From Pristiophorus japonicus (taxonomy: Eukaryota): a DNA stretch of 64,000 bases. Below the pieces are notes generated by a model, which was not told the DNA's origin, ran no database searches, and saw nothing but the letters and a program-made list of their open reading frames with translations. The stretch is from NCBI RefSeq assembly GCF_044704955.1, contig NC_091980.1, positions 259,966,001 to 260,030,000 of the forward strand, given 5' to 3'. Shown one piece after another: positions 48,760 to 62,688 of the stretch. The position numbers and the translations under genes are program-made. How positions within the stretch are numbered: position 1 is the first letter of the stretch; the number at the start of each line of letters is the position of its first letter.

Positions 48760-49075
48760 CAGCAGGCCCTGTAAATGGCGGTTAGAGAGCGGCTGCGGCC
48801 ATAACCTCCGCGCTGCGACTGCCCGGGAGACCCGGGATCTGCGACTCTCCCTCCGGCTACAGTATTTACACTAACTCCGCGTCCCACCCGCGCTTACCAT
48901 GTAAGAGAGTCCGGGGGTGGGGGGAGGTGCCGATCGCGGGGAACTCAGCTCAGCTTCCTCCGCGCACCACCGGAGACTTTCAGGCAGCCCGCGCCTCACG
49001 GTGAGAAACAACAAGGCGGCTTCCCATTGGCGCAAATTCCCACCAATAGCAACCGCCAGAGACAGGTCCATATCC
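48760..49075 (-). promoter_or_regulatory. CpG-island promoter and first exon on the minus strand (candidate distal LRR1 promoter)
   Basis: CpG-rich, inverted CCAAT pair at 49026-49047 enclosing an E2F-like TTTGCGCC, and a strong donor ATG|GTAAGC at 48898/48897. Confidence 0.6.
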
Positions 49076-49148
49076 ACCTGGAACCACAAGCGGCACTGTG
49101 GAGTAAGAGAAAGGTGAAATACTCGGAGCCCCAGGGCGCTGTGGAGTC

Positions 49149-51076
49149 ATAAGAACATCGCTCAAAAATCTGTCTATCTCCGCCTTAAATATATTCAATG
49201 ACTCAACCTTCACAGCTCTCTGGGGCAGAGAATTCCATAGATTTATGTCCCTCAGAGAAGAAATTGCTCCTCATCTCAGTTTTAAATGGGTGGTCCCTAA
49301 TTCTAAGACTATGTCCCCTAGTTTTAGTTTCCCCTATGAGTGGAAATATCCTCTTTGTATCCACCTTGTTGAGCCCCCTCATTATCTTCTATGTTTCAAT
49401 AAGATCACTTCTCATTCTTCTGAACTCCAATGTGTATAAAAATATAAGAACATAAGAAATAGGAACAGGAGTAGCCATACGGCCCCTCGAGCCTGCTCCA
49501 CCATTCAATAAGGATCATGGCTGATCTGATCATGGACTCAGCTCCACTTCCCTGCCCGCTCCCCATAACCCCGTATCCCCTTATCGTTTAAGAAACTGTT
49601 TATTCAATGTCCCAGCTTCCACAGCTCTCTGAGGCAGAGAATTCCACAGATTCCTCATCCCTGAAAACAACCTAGTGAACCTTCTCTGTGAATAGCCTTC
49701 AATGTAAGAATGTCCTTCCTTAAATACGGAGACCAAAACTGTACGCAGTACTCCAGGTGTGGCCTTACCAATACCCTGTACATTTGTAGCAGGACTTCTC
49801 TGCTTTTATACTCTATCCCTCTTGCAATAAAGGCCAACATTCCATTTGCCTTCCTGATTACTTGCTGTACCTGCATATTAACTTTTTGTGTTTCATGCAC
49901 AAGGACACCCAGGTCCCTCTGTACTGGAGCACTTTGCAATTTTTCTCCATTTAAATTATAATTTGCTTTTCTATTTTTTCTGCCAAAGTGGATAACCTCA
50001 CATTTTCCCACATTATACTCCATCTGCTAATTTTTTGCCCACTCACATAGCCTGACAATATCCCTTTGCAGATCATAATTTGCTTTCCCATCCATCTTTG
50101 TATCATCAACAAACTTGGCTACATTACATTCGGTCCCTTCATCCAAGTCATTAATATAGATTGTAAATAGTTGAGGCCCCAGCACTAATCACTGTTTGCC
50201 AACCTGAAAATGACTCATTTATCCTGACTCTCTGTTTTCTGCTAGTTAGCCAATCCTCTATGCATGCTAATATATTACCCCCAACCCCTTGAACTTTTAT
50301 CTTGTGCAGTAACCTCTTATGTGGCACCTTATCGAATGCCTTCTGAAAATCCGAATACACCACATCCACTGGTTACCTCTTATCCACCCTGCCCATTACA
50401 TCCTCAAAGAACTCCAGCAAATTTGTCAAACATGATTTCCCTTTCATAAAACCATGCTGACTCTGCTTGATTGAATCATGCTTTTCCAAATGTCCCGCTA
50501 CTGCTTCCTTAATAATGGACTCCAGCATTTTCCCAACGACAAATGTTAGGCTAACTGGTCTAGTTTCCTATTTTTTGTCTGCCTCCTTTTTTTAAATAGG
50601 GTCATTACATTTGCGGTTTTCCAATCCGCTGGGACCACCCCAGAATCCAGGGAATTTTGGTAGATTACAACCAATGCATCCACTATCTCTGCAGCCACTT
50701 CTTTTAAGATCCTAGGATGTAAGCCATCAGGTTCAGGGGACTTGTCCACCTTTAGTCCCATTATTTTACTCAGTACTACTTTATTAGTGATAGTGATTGT
50801 ATTAAGTTCCTCCTTCCCTTTAGCCCCTTGATTAGCCACTATTGGGATATTTTTAGTGTCTTCTACTGTGAAGACCGAAACAAAATATTTGTTCAACGCC
50901 TCTGCCATTTCCCTGTTCTCCATTTATTAATTTCCCAGATTCATCCTCTAGGGGACCAACATTTACTTTAGCCACTCTTTTTCCTTTCTATGTACCTGTA
51001 GAAACTCTACTATCTGTTTTTATATTTCGTGCCAATTTACTTTCATAATCTATCTTCCCTCTCTTTATTATTGTTT
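49149..51076 (-). mobile_element. CR1 LINE fragment with a second nested CR1 tail (about 49445-49652)
   Basis: Minus-strand ORFs with RT motifs (49655-50023, 50151-50369, 50546-50923). Flanked on both sides by AGTCA within a minisatellite. Confidence 0.88.
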
Positions 51077-51262
51077 TAGTCACAGAAAGGTAAAATAACT
51101 GGAGCCACAGGGGGCATTGTGGAATCACAAAGAGTAAAATACTTGGATCCACAAGGGGCGCTGTGGCGTCACAAAGAGTAAAATACATGGAGCCACAAGG
51201 GGCGCTGTGGAGTCACAAAGAGTAAAATATCTGGAGCCACAAGGAGCGCTGTGGAATCACAG
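51077..51262. repeat. About 43-bp minisatellite (GAGTAAAATACATGGAGCCACAAGGGGCGCTGTGGAGTCACAAA); two more units at 49078-49150
   Basis: Four visible tandem units here. The array is split by the 49149-51076 CR1. Confidence 0.85.
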
Positions 51263-51619
51263 AATGTAAAATACTGCGGATGCTGGAAAACTGAAATAAC
51301 AAAAACTGCTGAAAACACTGGGTTGTCCAAGTGTTGTCAAATGGAAAAGTGCCTCCTTTTTAGAGGGGCACAACTAATAGAGATCTAAATCATAAAATAA
51401 AAAGGAAACTTAGAACTTAAATAATATTATCATCGTATAAAATACTGCGGATGCTGGAAATCTGAAATAAAAAACAGATCATCGACCTGAAACGTTAACT
51501 ATGTTTCTCGCTCCACAGATGCTGCCTGACCTGCTGAGTATTTCCAGCATTTTCTGTTTATATTGTCAACTGTGTCCAATATGCCCTCCAGTCACTTCTC
51601 CACAGATGCCTCTTTTAAT

Positions 51620-51895
51620 TAAAACCCCAAATCTAATAAAAGTGCTCCCTTTTTAGTGAGGCACAACTAATAGAAACCCAAATCATTAAAAAAAAGGAAA
51701 TTTAACAAATTAAATAATAATGGTGCCACTTGTGTCACTGCGGTGCCCACTGGTTGCGGAAAGCCTCAATTGGCAACACGTGCTCCTTCTCCAGGGCCAC
51801 CCGGGTGTGGTCAAAACCGCAGAAGAGATTCATGCAGTCAGAGTGACCATCCCTGCGTGCAACCTGGACCTGTGGATGGCTACCTTGGCCGGACT
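51620..51895 (-). mobile_element. Degraded Tx1-like 3' end fragment
   Basis: Minus-strand peptides AKVAIHRSR, DCMNLFCGFDHTRVALEKEH and EAFRNQWAPQ parallel the 25372-25655 fragment. Confidence 0.65.
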
Positions 51896-52521
51896 TCTCC
51901 ACAGATGCTTGACCTGTTGAGTGTTTCCAGAATTTTCTGTTTTTAATTCCACCCCTTACACAGGAGTTGCTATGGAGTCAATACCACCCTCTACACAGGG
52001 CTCTTTTAATCCATAAGGCAATTAAATCATCAAATGGGAATTCTTAAACCATAATTGCTCACTCTTTAGAAGGGCACAAATAATAAGTTCTAAATGATGA
52101 CATCACTAACTTAAATGAAAAGTTATCAAATTATAATTTTATTCCCTTTGTCCACAATGCTCTCCAGCCCCATTGGTCGCAGAAAGCCTAAAGCGTACTG
52201 GTGGACATCGCGTGTTCCCTCTCCAGGAATATCTGGGACCCCGTACACAGGAGGTGCTGTGAAAGTAATACTCATTCACTCCATATACTGATGGCGCTGT
52301 GATGTCTATACCTACTCTTTACAAAGGTGGTGATGTGAAACTATTTTCAAGGGGAGACTTACATCCTTCAACTAAGCTCAGCTGAAGTGTCAGGCTGAGT
52401 ATTTCCTAATTGAGAGCTGGGTTATAGCTCGACAGATGATGCATATGAAACTCATGAATTCATGATTTAATTTATTTTAAAGTGATAATCTGATATAACG
52501 CTACTAAAGTGATTTTGTTCC

Positions 52522-52740
52522 AAAAACAGAAAACGTTGGAAATCTCACCGGGTCAGGCAGCATCTGTGGAGAGAAAAACAGAGTTAACGTTTCAGGTTGA
52601 CGACAGTTTGTCAGACCCTTTGTCGACCCGAAACGTTAACTCTGTTTTTCTCTCCACAGATGCTGCCTGACCCGCTGAGATTTCCAGCATTTTCTGTTTT
52701 TATTTCAGATTCTAGCATCTGCAGTATTTTGCTTTTGTTT
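52522..52740. repeat. Penelope-derived long inverted repeat (80-bp arms, 20-bp loop)
   Basis: Arms 52522-52601 and 52622-52701 are reverse complements with 5 mismatches by manual comparison. ATTTTGTTC flanks both sides. Confidence 0.8.
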
Positions 52741-53410
52741 GAGCTATTTTGTTCTAATCTTCAAAGTATGCCTAGAAAGTAGGACCAGAGATCATAAATT
52801 AAAATAGTGAAAAGTAAATTTACCTCAGGTATATTTTAGAAAATAACTTTGTTAAGCAAAGAATGATAAATGTTTGGATAATCTACCACACAAGGTAATA
52901 GAAGCAAAAGCAGATGCCATGATAGGGAAGTGAATGGATAATTCTTTGCTCTTGCACTCCCAGTGGGGAGTCTACACGCAGAGTATGGAGTTGCATCATC
53001 AGCCTTTTAATGAATGTCTTGAACTTTGACGACTCAAGTTGGCCGTTTGCCATTCCTGTTCCTTATTTTCTTAATTTCCCTCAACTTATAGTGACTGAAG
53101 AATAAAGTTAGTTCAGCACTCACCACTAAAGAAATAATTTTCCAGAATTTGCAGTACTGGGTTGAGAAAAAGAGCTTTATTATCTAAATAAAAGCCACAT
53201 GAACATAAATAAATTAATTAAGATATTAGGAAAATGCAGCTGTCATATTATTATCTATAGAATATCTACTACTAAACTGGATGAGTCTCACTATTCCTTC
53301 ATATATTAGATAAAGAATTTTGTGTGACTGGAGGAGACTGTTGATGCTGTAAATTAGTCCAGTGATTCAGATGATATATGCCTTGAGAACCAAACTGGAG
53401 TAGATTTATG

Positions 53411-53781
53411 TGTTAGCTGTCGCTCAGTTGGCAGCACTCTCGCCTCTGAGTTTGTAGGTTATGGATTGAATGCTGCACTTTTGGATGAGATGTTAAACCA
53501 AAGCCCGTCTGCTCTCAGGTGGATGTAAAAGATCCCATGGCACTATTTGAAGAGCAGGGGAATTATCCCTGGTGCTCTGGCTAATATTTATCCCTGAATT
53601 AACATCAGATTATCTGATCATTATCACATTGCTGTTTGTGGGAGCTTGCTGTGCGCAAAGTTGGCTGTCATGTTTCTGACATTACAACAGTGACTACACT
53701 TCAAAAAGTATTTAATTTTCTGTAAATAGCTTTGGGATGTCTTGAGATTGTGAAAGGCACTATATAAACACAAGTCTTTCC
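53411..53781 (+). mobile_element. Deu-domain tRNA-derived SINE (SacSINE1/AmnSINE1-like)
   Basis: tRNA-like head GCTCAGTTGGCAGCAC, central GATGAGATGTTAAACC...GGATGTAAAAGATCCCATGGCACTA, L2-type tail ACTATATAAACACAAGTCTTTC. Related pieces at 25690-25930, 60020-60130 and 62845-63127. Confidence 0.75.
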
Positions 53782-54147
53782 TTCTAGATGAATCCATGAA
53801 ATCCTCCCTTCTTCCACACTATATTCTCAGCACCTCTTGCCCTCACTACTTAAATTCACCACCTCCCTGTTCACCCTAGGCCTCTCCTTCCATATAAACT
53901 CCCCTACCTATACAGCATTCACACATTCAACCTCACCATCTCCCGTAGCCTCTCAAATGGTCTCGATCGCCCAATCTTTTCCCCTTATTCTTATTCAAAC
54001 CCACTTCCTTCTGCATCCACATTTGAAAAATCACTCTCCCAAGTTGCTTACACCTGCATTCCAAACTGCCACAATACCTCTGCAACTGTTGGTTTGTTCA
54101 ACCACTCCCTCACCTCTACCTGCTGAGATCATACCTAGCACAAAGGA

Positions 54148-54565
54148 AGATGGTTGTGGTGGTTGGAGGTCAATCATCACAGCCCCAGGACATTGCTGCA
54201 GGAGTTCCTCAGGGCAGTGTCCTTGGCCCAACCATCTTTAACTGTTTCATCAATGACTTTCTGACCATCATGTCAGAAGTGGGGATGTTTGCTGATGACT
54301 GCACATTGTTCAGTACCATTTGCAACTCCTCAGATAATGAAGCAGTCCATGCCCACATGCAGCAAGACCTGGACGACATTCAGGCTTGGACTGATAAATG
54401 GCAAGTAACATTCGTGCCACACAAGTGCCAGGTAATGACTATCTCCAACAAGCGAAGAGTCTAACCACCACCCCTTGACATTCAACAGCATTACCATCGC
54501 CAAATCCTCCATCATCAACATCCTGGGGGTCACCATTGACCAGAAACTCAACTTGAACAGCTACA
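54148..54565 (+). mobile_element. CR1/L2-clade LINE RT fragment (continues at 55760-56310)
   Basis: GVPQGSVLGPTIFNCFIND and MFADDC motifs. Confidence 0.8.
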
Positions 54566-55296
54566 TAAGAACATAAGAAAAAGGAAAACAGGAGTAGGCC
54601 ATACGGCCGCTCAAGCCTGCTCCGTCATTCAATAAAATCATGGCTGATCTGATCATGGACTCAGCTCCGCTTCCCTGCCCGCTCCCCATAACCCCTTATC
54701 GTTTAAGAAACTGTCTATTTCTGTCTTAAATTTATTCAATGTCCCAACTTATCTGAGGCAGCGAATTCCACAGATTTACAACCCTCTCCCGAGGGAAGAA
54801 ATTTTTCCTCATCTGTCTTAAATGGGCAGCCCCTTATTCTAAGATCATGCCCTCTAGTTCTAGTCTCCCCCATCAGTGGAAACATCCTCTCTGCATCCCC
54901 TTGTCAAGCCCCTCATAATCTTATACATTTCGATAATATCACCTCTCATTCTTCTGAATTCCAATGAGGCCCAACCTACTCAACCTTTCCTCATAAGTCA
55001 ACCCCCTCATCTCCAGAATCAACCTATTGAAACTTCTCTGAACTGCCTCCAAAGCAAGTATATCCTTTCGTAAATATGGAAACCAAAACTGCACGCAGTA
55101 TTCCAGGTGTGGCCTCACCAATACCCTGTATAACTGTAGCAAGACTTCCCTGCTTTTCTACTCCATCCCCTTTGCAATAAAGGCCAAGATACCATTGGCC
55201 TTCCTGATCACTTGCTGTACCTGCATACTATCCTTTTATGTTTCATGCACAAGGTCCCACTGTACTGCAGCACTTTGCAATCTTTCTCCATTTAAA
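54566..55296 (-). mobile_element. CR1 3' fragment nested in an older LINE
   Basis: Reverse-complement CR1 tail AAGAACATAAGAA and RPHLEYCVQFW peptide. Confidence 0.87.
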
Positions 55297-55759
55297 TAGA
55301 GGGAGCCTCTTCTCTTGCCACCTGCTCTTGCGGGAAGCAAGCAGGGACTGGGGGTGGGTGGGGAGAGAAAGAATGTAGGTGGTAAGTTAAGGGTGAGTGG
55401 GTGGAAGGTTATGGAGAGATGAAAGAGTGGAGCAAAGGGATGAGGAAGATAAAGGGATTGAGTGTATGCTTCAGAGGGGAAAACAATAAGGATAATGATG
55501 GCAGTGAGTGGGTAATAGAAAGGGCAAACAGTATTTTAAAGGTAAAGGAGCAAGAGTCACAATGGGAATGAGGGAGTGAAGCACGAGAGATTGAATGGGA
55601 GGATGAAAAGAGCCGCTGAAGATCATATTTTTCCTGCAACTCCACCTGACATGCAGACCATTGCCATTAGTGTCTCCTTTCCTGACACAACCACCTCCCA
55701 CCCAAAAGGAAAGTATAAGACAATGAGAACAAAAAGTTCACAACAAAAGCAGGTCAGAG

Positions 55760-56312
55760 GCTGTGTCTCACCTCCTGACTCCGCAAAAATGTCAACCATC
55801 TACAAGGCACAAGACAGAAGTGTGATGGAACATGCTCCACTTGCCAGGATGAATGCAGCTCCAGCAACACTCAAGAAGCTCGATACCATCCAGAACAAAG
55901 CAGCCAGCTTGATTGGCACCCCATCCACCACCTTAAACATTCACCCCTTCCACCACTGGCAAACTGTAGCTGCAGTGTGTATCATTTACAAGATGCACTG
56001 CAGCAACTTGCCAAGGCTTCTTCACAGCACCTTCCAAACCCCCAACCTCTACCACCTAAAAGGATAAGGGCAGGTGTGTGGGAACACCATCACCTTCAAG
56101 TTACACACCATCCTGACTTAGAAGTACATCGCCATCCCTTCATCATCGCTGGGTCAAAATCCTGGAACTCCCTCCCTAACAGCACTGTGGGAGTACCTTC
56201 ACCACACAGACTGCAGCAGCGGATCAAGAAGGCAGTTCACCACTATCTTCTCAAGGGCAATTAATGCTGGCTTTGCCAGCGACGCCCACATCCCATGAAC
56301 TAATAAAAAAAA
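55760..56312 (+). mobile_element. CR1/L2-clade LINE 3' fragment
   Basis: YKAQDRSVMEHAPL...LKKLDTIQNKAA peptide and tail GCCAGCGACGCCCACATCCCATGAAC. Confidence 0.8.
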
Positions 56313-56690
56313 ATCCAGAGGCCTGGACTAATGATACGGAGATCTGAGTTAAAATCCCACCACGGCAGCTGTGGAATTTCAATTTAATTAATTAAATAAA
56401 TCTAGAATAAAAAGCTACTATCAGTAATGTTAACCATGAAACTATCAAATTGTCATTAAAAACCCATCTGGTTCACTAATGTCCTTTCGAGAAGGAAATC
56501 TTCCATCCCTACCTGGTCTGGCCTATATGTGATTCTAGACCCACAGCAATGTGGTTGACTCATAATTGCCCTCTGAAATGGTCTAGCAAGCCACTCAGTT
56601 GTATAATGCAGCTCACCACCATCTTCTCAAGGCCAATTAGGGACGGCAATAAATGCTGGCCTTGCTGGCGATGCCCACATCTGAGGAATT
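56313..56690 (+). mobile_element. tRNA-derived SINE sharing the 3' tail of the adjacent LINE
   Basis: B-box-like GAGTTAAAATCCC and tail CTTCTCAAGGCCAATTAGGGACGGCAATAAATGCTGGCCTTGCTGGCGATGCCCACATC. Confidence 0.75.
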
Positions 56691-56929
56691 AAAAAAAAAT
56701 AGAATGTCATTTAGCCCCGTCTGCCGCTTCCCTTCCAGCAGCCCACCAAGCAAACCTCTCTCTATCTGACCCCCACTCTAGCTCTGAACCCCCTCTCCAA
56801 TTTCTCATCTCTCTCTACTTTTCCCATTTCTATCCCTGCTCTCTACAAATTCATTTTGTCCCCTCAACCCCATTAAACTCCTTAACACCCTCTCTGCTGA
56901 GTTTTGTAAACATGTGTCAGTGTGATTGG

Positions 56930-59103
<2,174 letters not shown>

Positions 59104-59226
59104 ATTACAAAAGGAGCAGGAGTGCAATCTAATTCAGTGTGAAAAGGAAGTACTCGGCACATTGCAACAACCATCAGCTGTGATCTCCTGGGAGAAGCAA
59201 ACTTTCTGTAATGCTCCATTTTTGTA

Positions 59227-59232
59227 AATAAA
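59227..59232 (+). terminator. RPS29 polyadenylation signal
   Basis: AATAAA about 125 nt after the stop codon, followed by a T/GT-rich stretch. Confidence 0.75.
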
Positions 59233-60811
59233 ATTAACTTGCCATTAGTGCTCAGTCCTGTTTTTATTGGTACTTCACTGAATAGTTTGTATGTGAATAA
59301 CATTTCCATTAAAAAGCAACATTTTCCCCAACTTTTCTTCATGGTAGTGTGGATTCTCATGAAACACGGAAACATAGTAAACAAGGAGGATGGTAACAGA
59401 CTTCAGGAGGATGTCGGCAGACTGGTAAAATTCAATGCAGAGAAGTCTGAAGTGATACATTTTGGTAGTAAGAATGAGGAAAGGTAATAAACTAAATGGT
59501 ACAATTTTAAAGGAGGGGACAGGAACAAAGATCGAGGGGTGAATGTGGTAGGATTCATGGTGATAGGCAAAAGAACCAAAGGTGACATTTTTTTTAAGCG
59601 GTGAGTTGTGATTTCACTCTGGAAGCAAATTCAATAGTAACTTTCAAAAAAGAATTTGACAAATAGAAGATAGAACCATTACAGGGCTATTGTGGAGGGG
59701 AGTGGGGCTAATTGGACAGCTCTTTCAAAGAGCAGGTGTGGTGAGCCGAATAGTGGCCTGTGCTATATCATTCTGTGACGTGCTGCCTGGGATTCTGTTG
59801 TGATGTACAAAATGGTTGATCTGAGCCATGTTGGGTGGAGACCACAACATCACTAGGGAAGCTATGAGGGGATGTCCTGTTCGGTTGTACTGTATTGACT
59901 GATAAGTGGAAGTCCAGATATCTTGGGTGGAAAGGAGGCTGAATTGCAAATGAAGCAATGGCTTGTGGTTCTTTGAAACTGAATTATTACATTTTGCTTC
60001 CTAATAATCTTGTATCAACAGTTTCCCACATTACAACAGTGATGGCATTCCAAAAGCACTTCATTGGCTGTGAAGTGCTTTGAGACGTCCGGTGGTTGTG
60101 AAATATGCTATATAAATCCAAGTCTTTCTATAATGTGTCCCTATTCTAAACATTTAAGACATTTTCTTGCTGGTATAAATAAAATTGGAACAAGAAAACA
60201 ATGTTAGCCAGTCAGCAGCTGATAAGTAAAAAGACAGGTTAATGTTTTCGGTGTAATCTTTTGCCAGAACTTTCTGACCCAAGAATTATGTCTAAAATAC
60301 AAACCTGTCCTTTCCCTTTATTGATGTGGAATAATCAGTTATGTAGTTTGTGTGTTTTATTTATATCCTTAGTGTACCCTAACCATGCAGTTGAAGCAAC
60401 AGGTAGAAGCAAAGACTCTGAACTGTTCCACCTCGTGATCCAAAATGTAAACATCAGGAAATTCTTAAAGTCTATTACAGAGGTGCATTTGGCTTTCTTG
60501 AGTACCTCACTTTATTCCATGCATCTCCTTTAAAATCTTAATCTCTCAAGCTTCACCATAAGATTTCCTCCCTCAGCCTCTGCACTGAGCTATTCATCCT
60601 CTGTAATTTCAATCTCTCTCTCAATTCATCATCCTCTTCTGATTTCTCCCTGTCTTCACACAAACTCCTACCCATATTCAAGGCCTTGTTATCTTGCGTG
60701 GGCTTTCTATTACCATCATCTCGATCACAGTCGAGCCTCCTCAGTGCTTGTATTCCTCGTCGCCCATGTTTTCCCTACCCAACTTCATCCCCACTTCTGT
60801 CAGTCTAGAAT

Positions 60812-61160
60812 AATCATCATAGGCAGTTCCTCGGAATCGAGGAAACTTACTTCCACTCTTAAAATGAGTTCTTGGGTGGCTGAACAATCCAATACGAGAA
60901 TCACAGTCTTCGTCACAGGTGGGACAAATAGTTGTTGAGGGAAGGGGTGGGTGGGACTAGTTTGCCGCACACTCCGCTGCCTGCACTTGATTTCTGCATG
61001 CTCGACGATGAGACTGGAGGTGCTCAGCCTCCACTTAAGGCGGTCTTTGGCCAGGGTCTCCCAGGTGTCAGTGGGGAGACCTTGTAATGTTTCCTCTGCC
61101 CACCTTTGGCTCGTTTGCCGTGAAGGCGTTCCAAGTAGTGTTTGCTTTGGGAGTCTAGAA
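60812..61160 (-). mobile_element. RTE-clade 3' fragment
   Basis: Reverse complement of the RTE tail (ATCATAGGCAGTTCCTCGGAATCGAGG) and SRLPKQTL/PTDTWETLA peptides. Confidence 0.78.
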
Positions 61161-62608
61161 TAAACTAGTGTCACAAATGCCCCAACAAGTATTTATGTAG
61201 CATTTGGCCCTGCATTTGCCATGCTGTTTCTGCAGCTGTTGATCGGCCCAAAATTCCTCCTTCACCATTCATGTCTTTTGTCTCCCTTGGTATCTGCTCC
61301 AAGTCCAAGAGTTGCAGACCTGAGTGTATCTGGTGTACAGACATGGTGAACTACACCATCTTCCCCGGTGCTGCTCTTCTATTGTCTAGCTGAGTGTGAC
61401 TGCTCTTGTTTGGTTCCACTTAACTATTCAATCATAGTGCATCTTCAGCAATGGCTTCTCTTTCAGCCTCTGCATTGTTACCTTTAGGGGTGTCTTCCAA
61501 GGTTCTATCATTTCTCATCTGTGCTTTGCCATGGTAACATTTGGAGACATGGGGTCAAGTTTCACTTGTACTTTGAGACAGCTCTACCTCTTGACCCCTC
61601 CACTGCCTCTTGTTAGCCTGCTTGTCCAGCATCCAATCCTTTACTCCAGCTAAACACTTGAAAGACTGAAGCTATTATGTTCAGCCTCCACCACACACTA
61701 ACCTTGCCACTGATACTGTCCCTCTCCCTGCCCACTGTCTAAGGTTGAACCACACTGCAACAGTCTCCAATCCCATTTTCATTCCATCACAAAAGCTGCC
61801 AATGTACACCTCTAACGTCAGCCATCTCCATCCCTGCTTCAGCCGAACTTCTGAAACCATTAGATTCCACCCTCCATAAACTTGTTCTTCCAAAACTGCC
61901 TGCATCCTATAACGCACTAAGTCCCACTCACCCATCGCCTTTGCAGTTGCTGACTTGGTTTTTGGTCTCCCAATGCCTCAAATTTCCAATTCTCATCCTT
62001 GTGTTCAAATCCTTTCATGACCTCCAGCTCTGCAAGCCTCTGAGAATTGTGTTCTCCAATTCTGGCCTTGTGCTTCCTCTTGCCTCACCATTGCCTTTGG
62101 CTGTTTAGGCTCTAGGCTTTGGAATTTCCTCCCTAAACTTTTCCATTTGAATGCAGTCTAAATGAGTGGCTTTGATTTCTTAGAGGCTCAGGATGATGGT
62201 AGGCCATGTGTAGCAGATTAGAACTGGCTATGTGGGATTTTGTATTTTTGAGGATTTTGAGGTCTAGTAGTAGTTAAAAGGCATTGCTTTTCCTTAATGC
62301 CATTGTGTGGTTCTGTAAATTAACAATGTTTTAAAATGCCTTTTGGATTTATGAATGCAAGGTGAGATGTTGCAAGTAACACTGGGTGGATAAGAGTTCC
62401 ATAGGCAGGAGAAGCAGTGTGTAAGCTTTGTCACTGGAGCCACCAGTCTATTTGTCACCTAAAGGTAACTTCTTGCCTGCTAAGTGTTACATAGAATTAC
62501 ACAAAAAAGCAGAGAAACAGGCCATTTGGCCCAACTGATCTATACCAGTGTTTATGCTCCACAAAAACCTCCCGCCTTGCATCTAATTCTTAACTTGTAA
62601 TTATATAG

Positions 62609-62688
62609 CGCCTTTAATGTAGTGCTTCACAGGAATATTATGCGATATCGCCTTTAATGTAGTGCTTCACAGGAATATTATGCGATAT
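62609..62688. repeat. Perfect 40-bp tandem duplication within an L2-like tail
   Basis: CGCCTTTAATGTAGTGCTTCACAGGAATATTATGCGATAT occurs twice consecutively. Confidence 0.9.

Noticed and set aside
48898-48900. ATG-terminated first exon of an RPL36A-like gene
   Set aside because: No downstream RPL36A coding exons were found on the minus strand.
51077-51262. CRISPR-like array of palindromic repeats
   Set aside because: The inter-repeat segments are near identical rather than unique spacers, there are no cas genes, and the context is vertebrate. It is a minisatellite.
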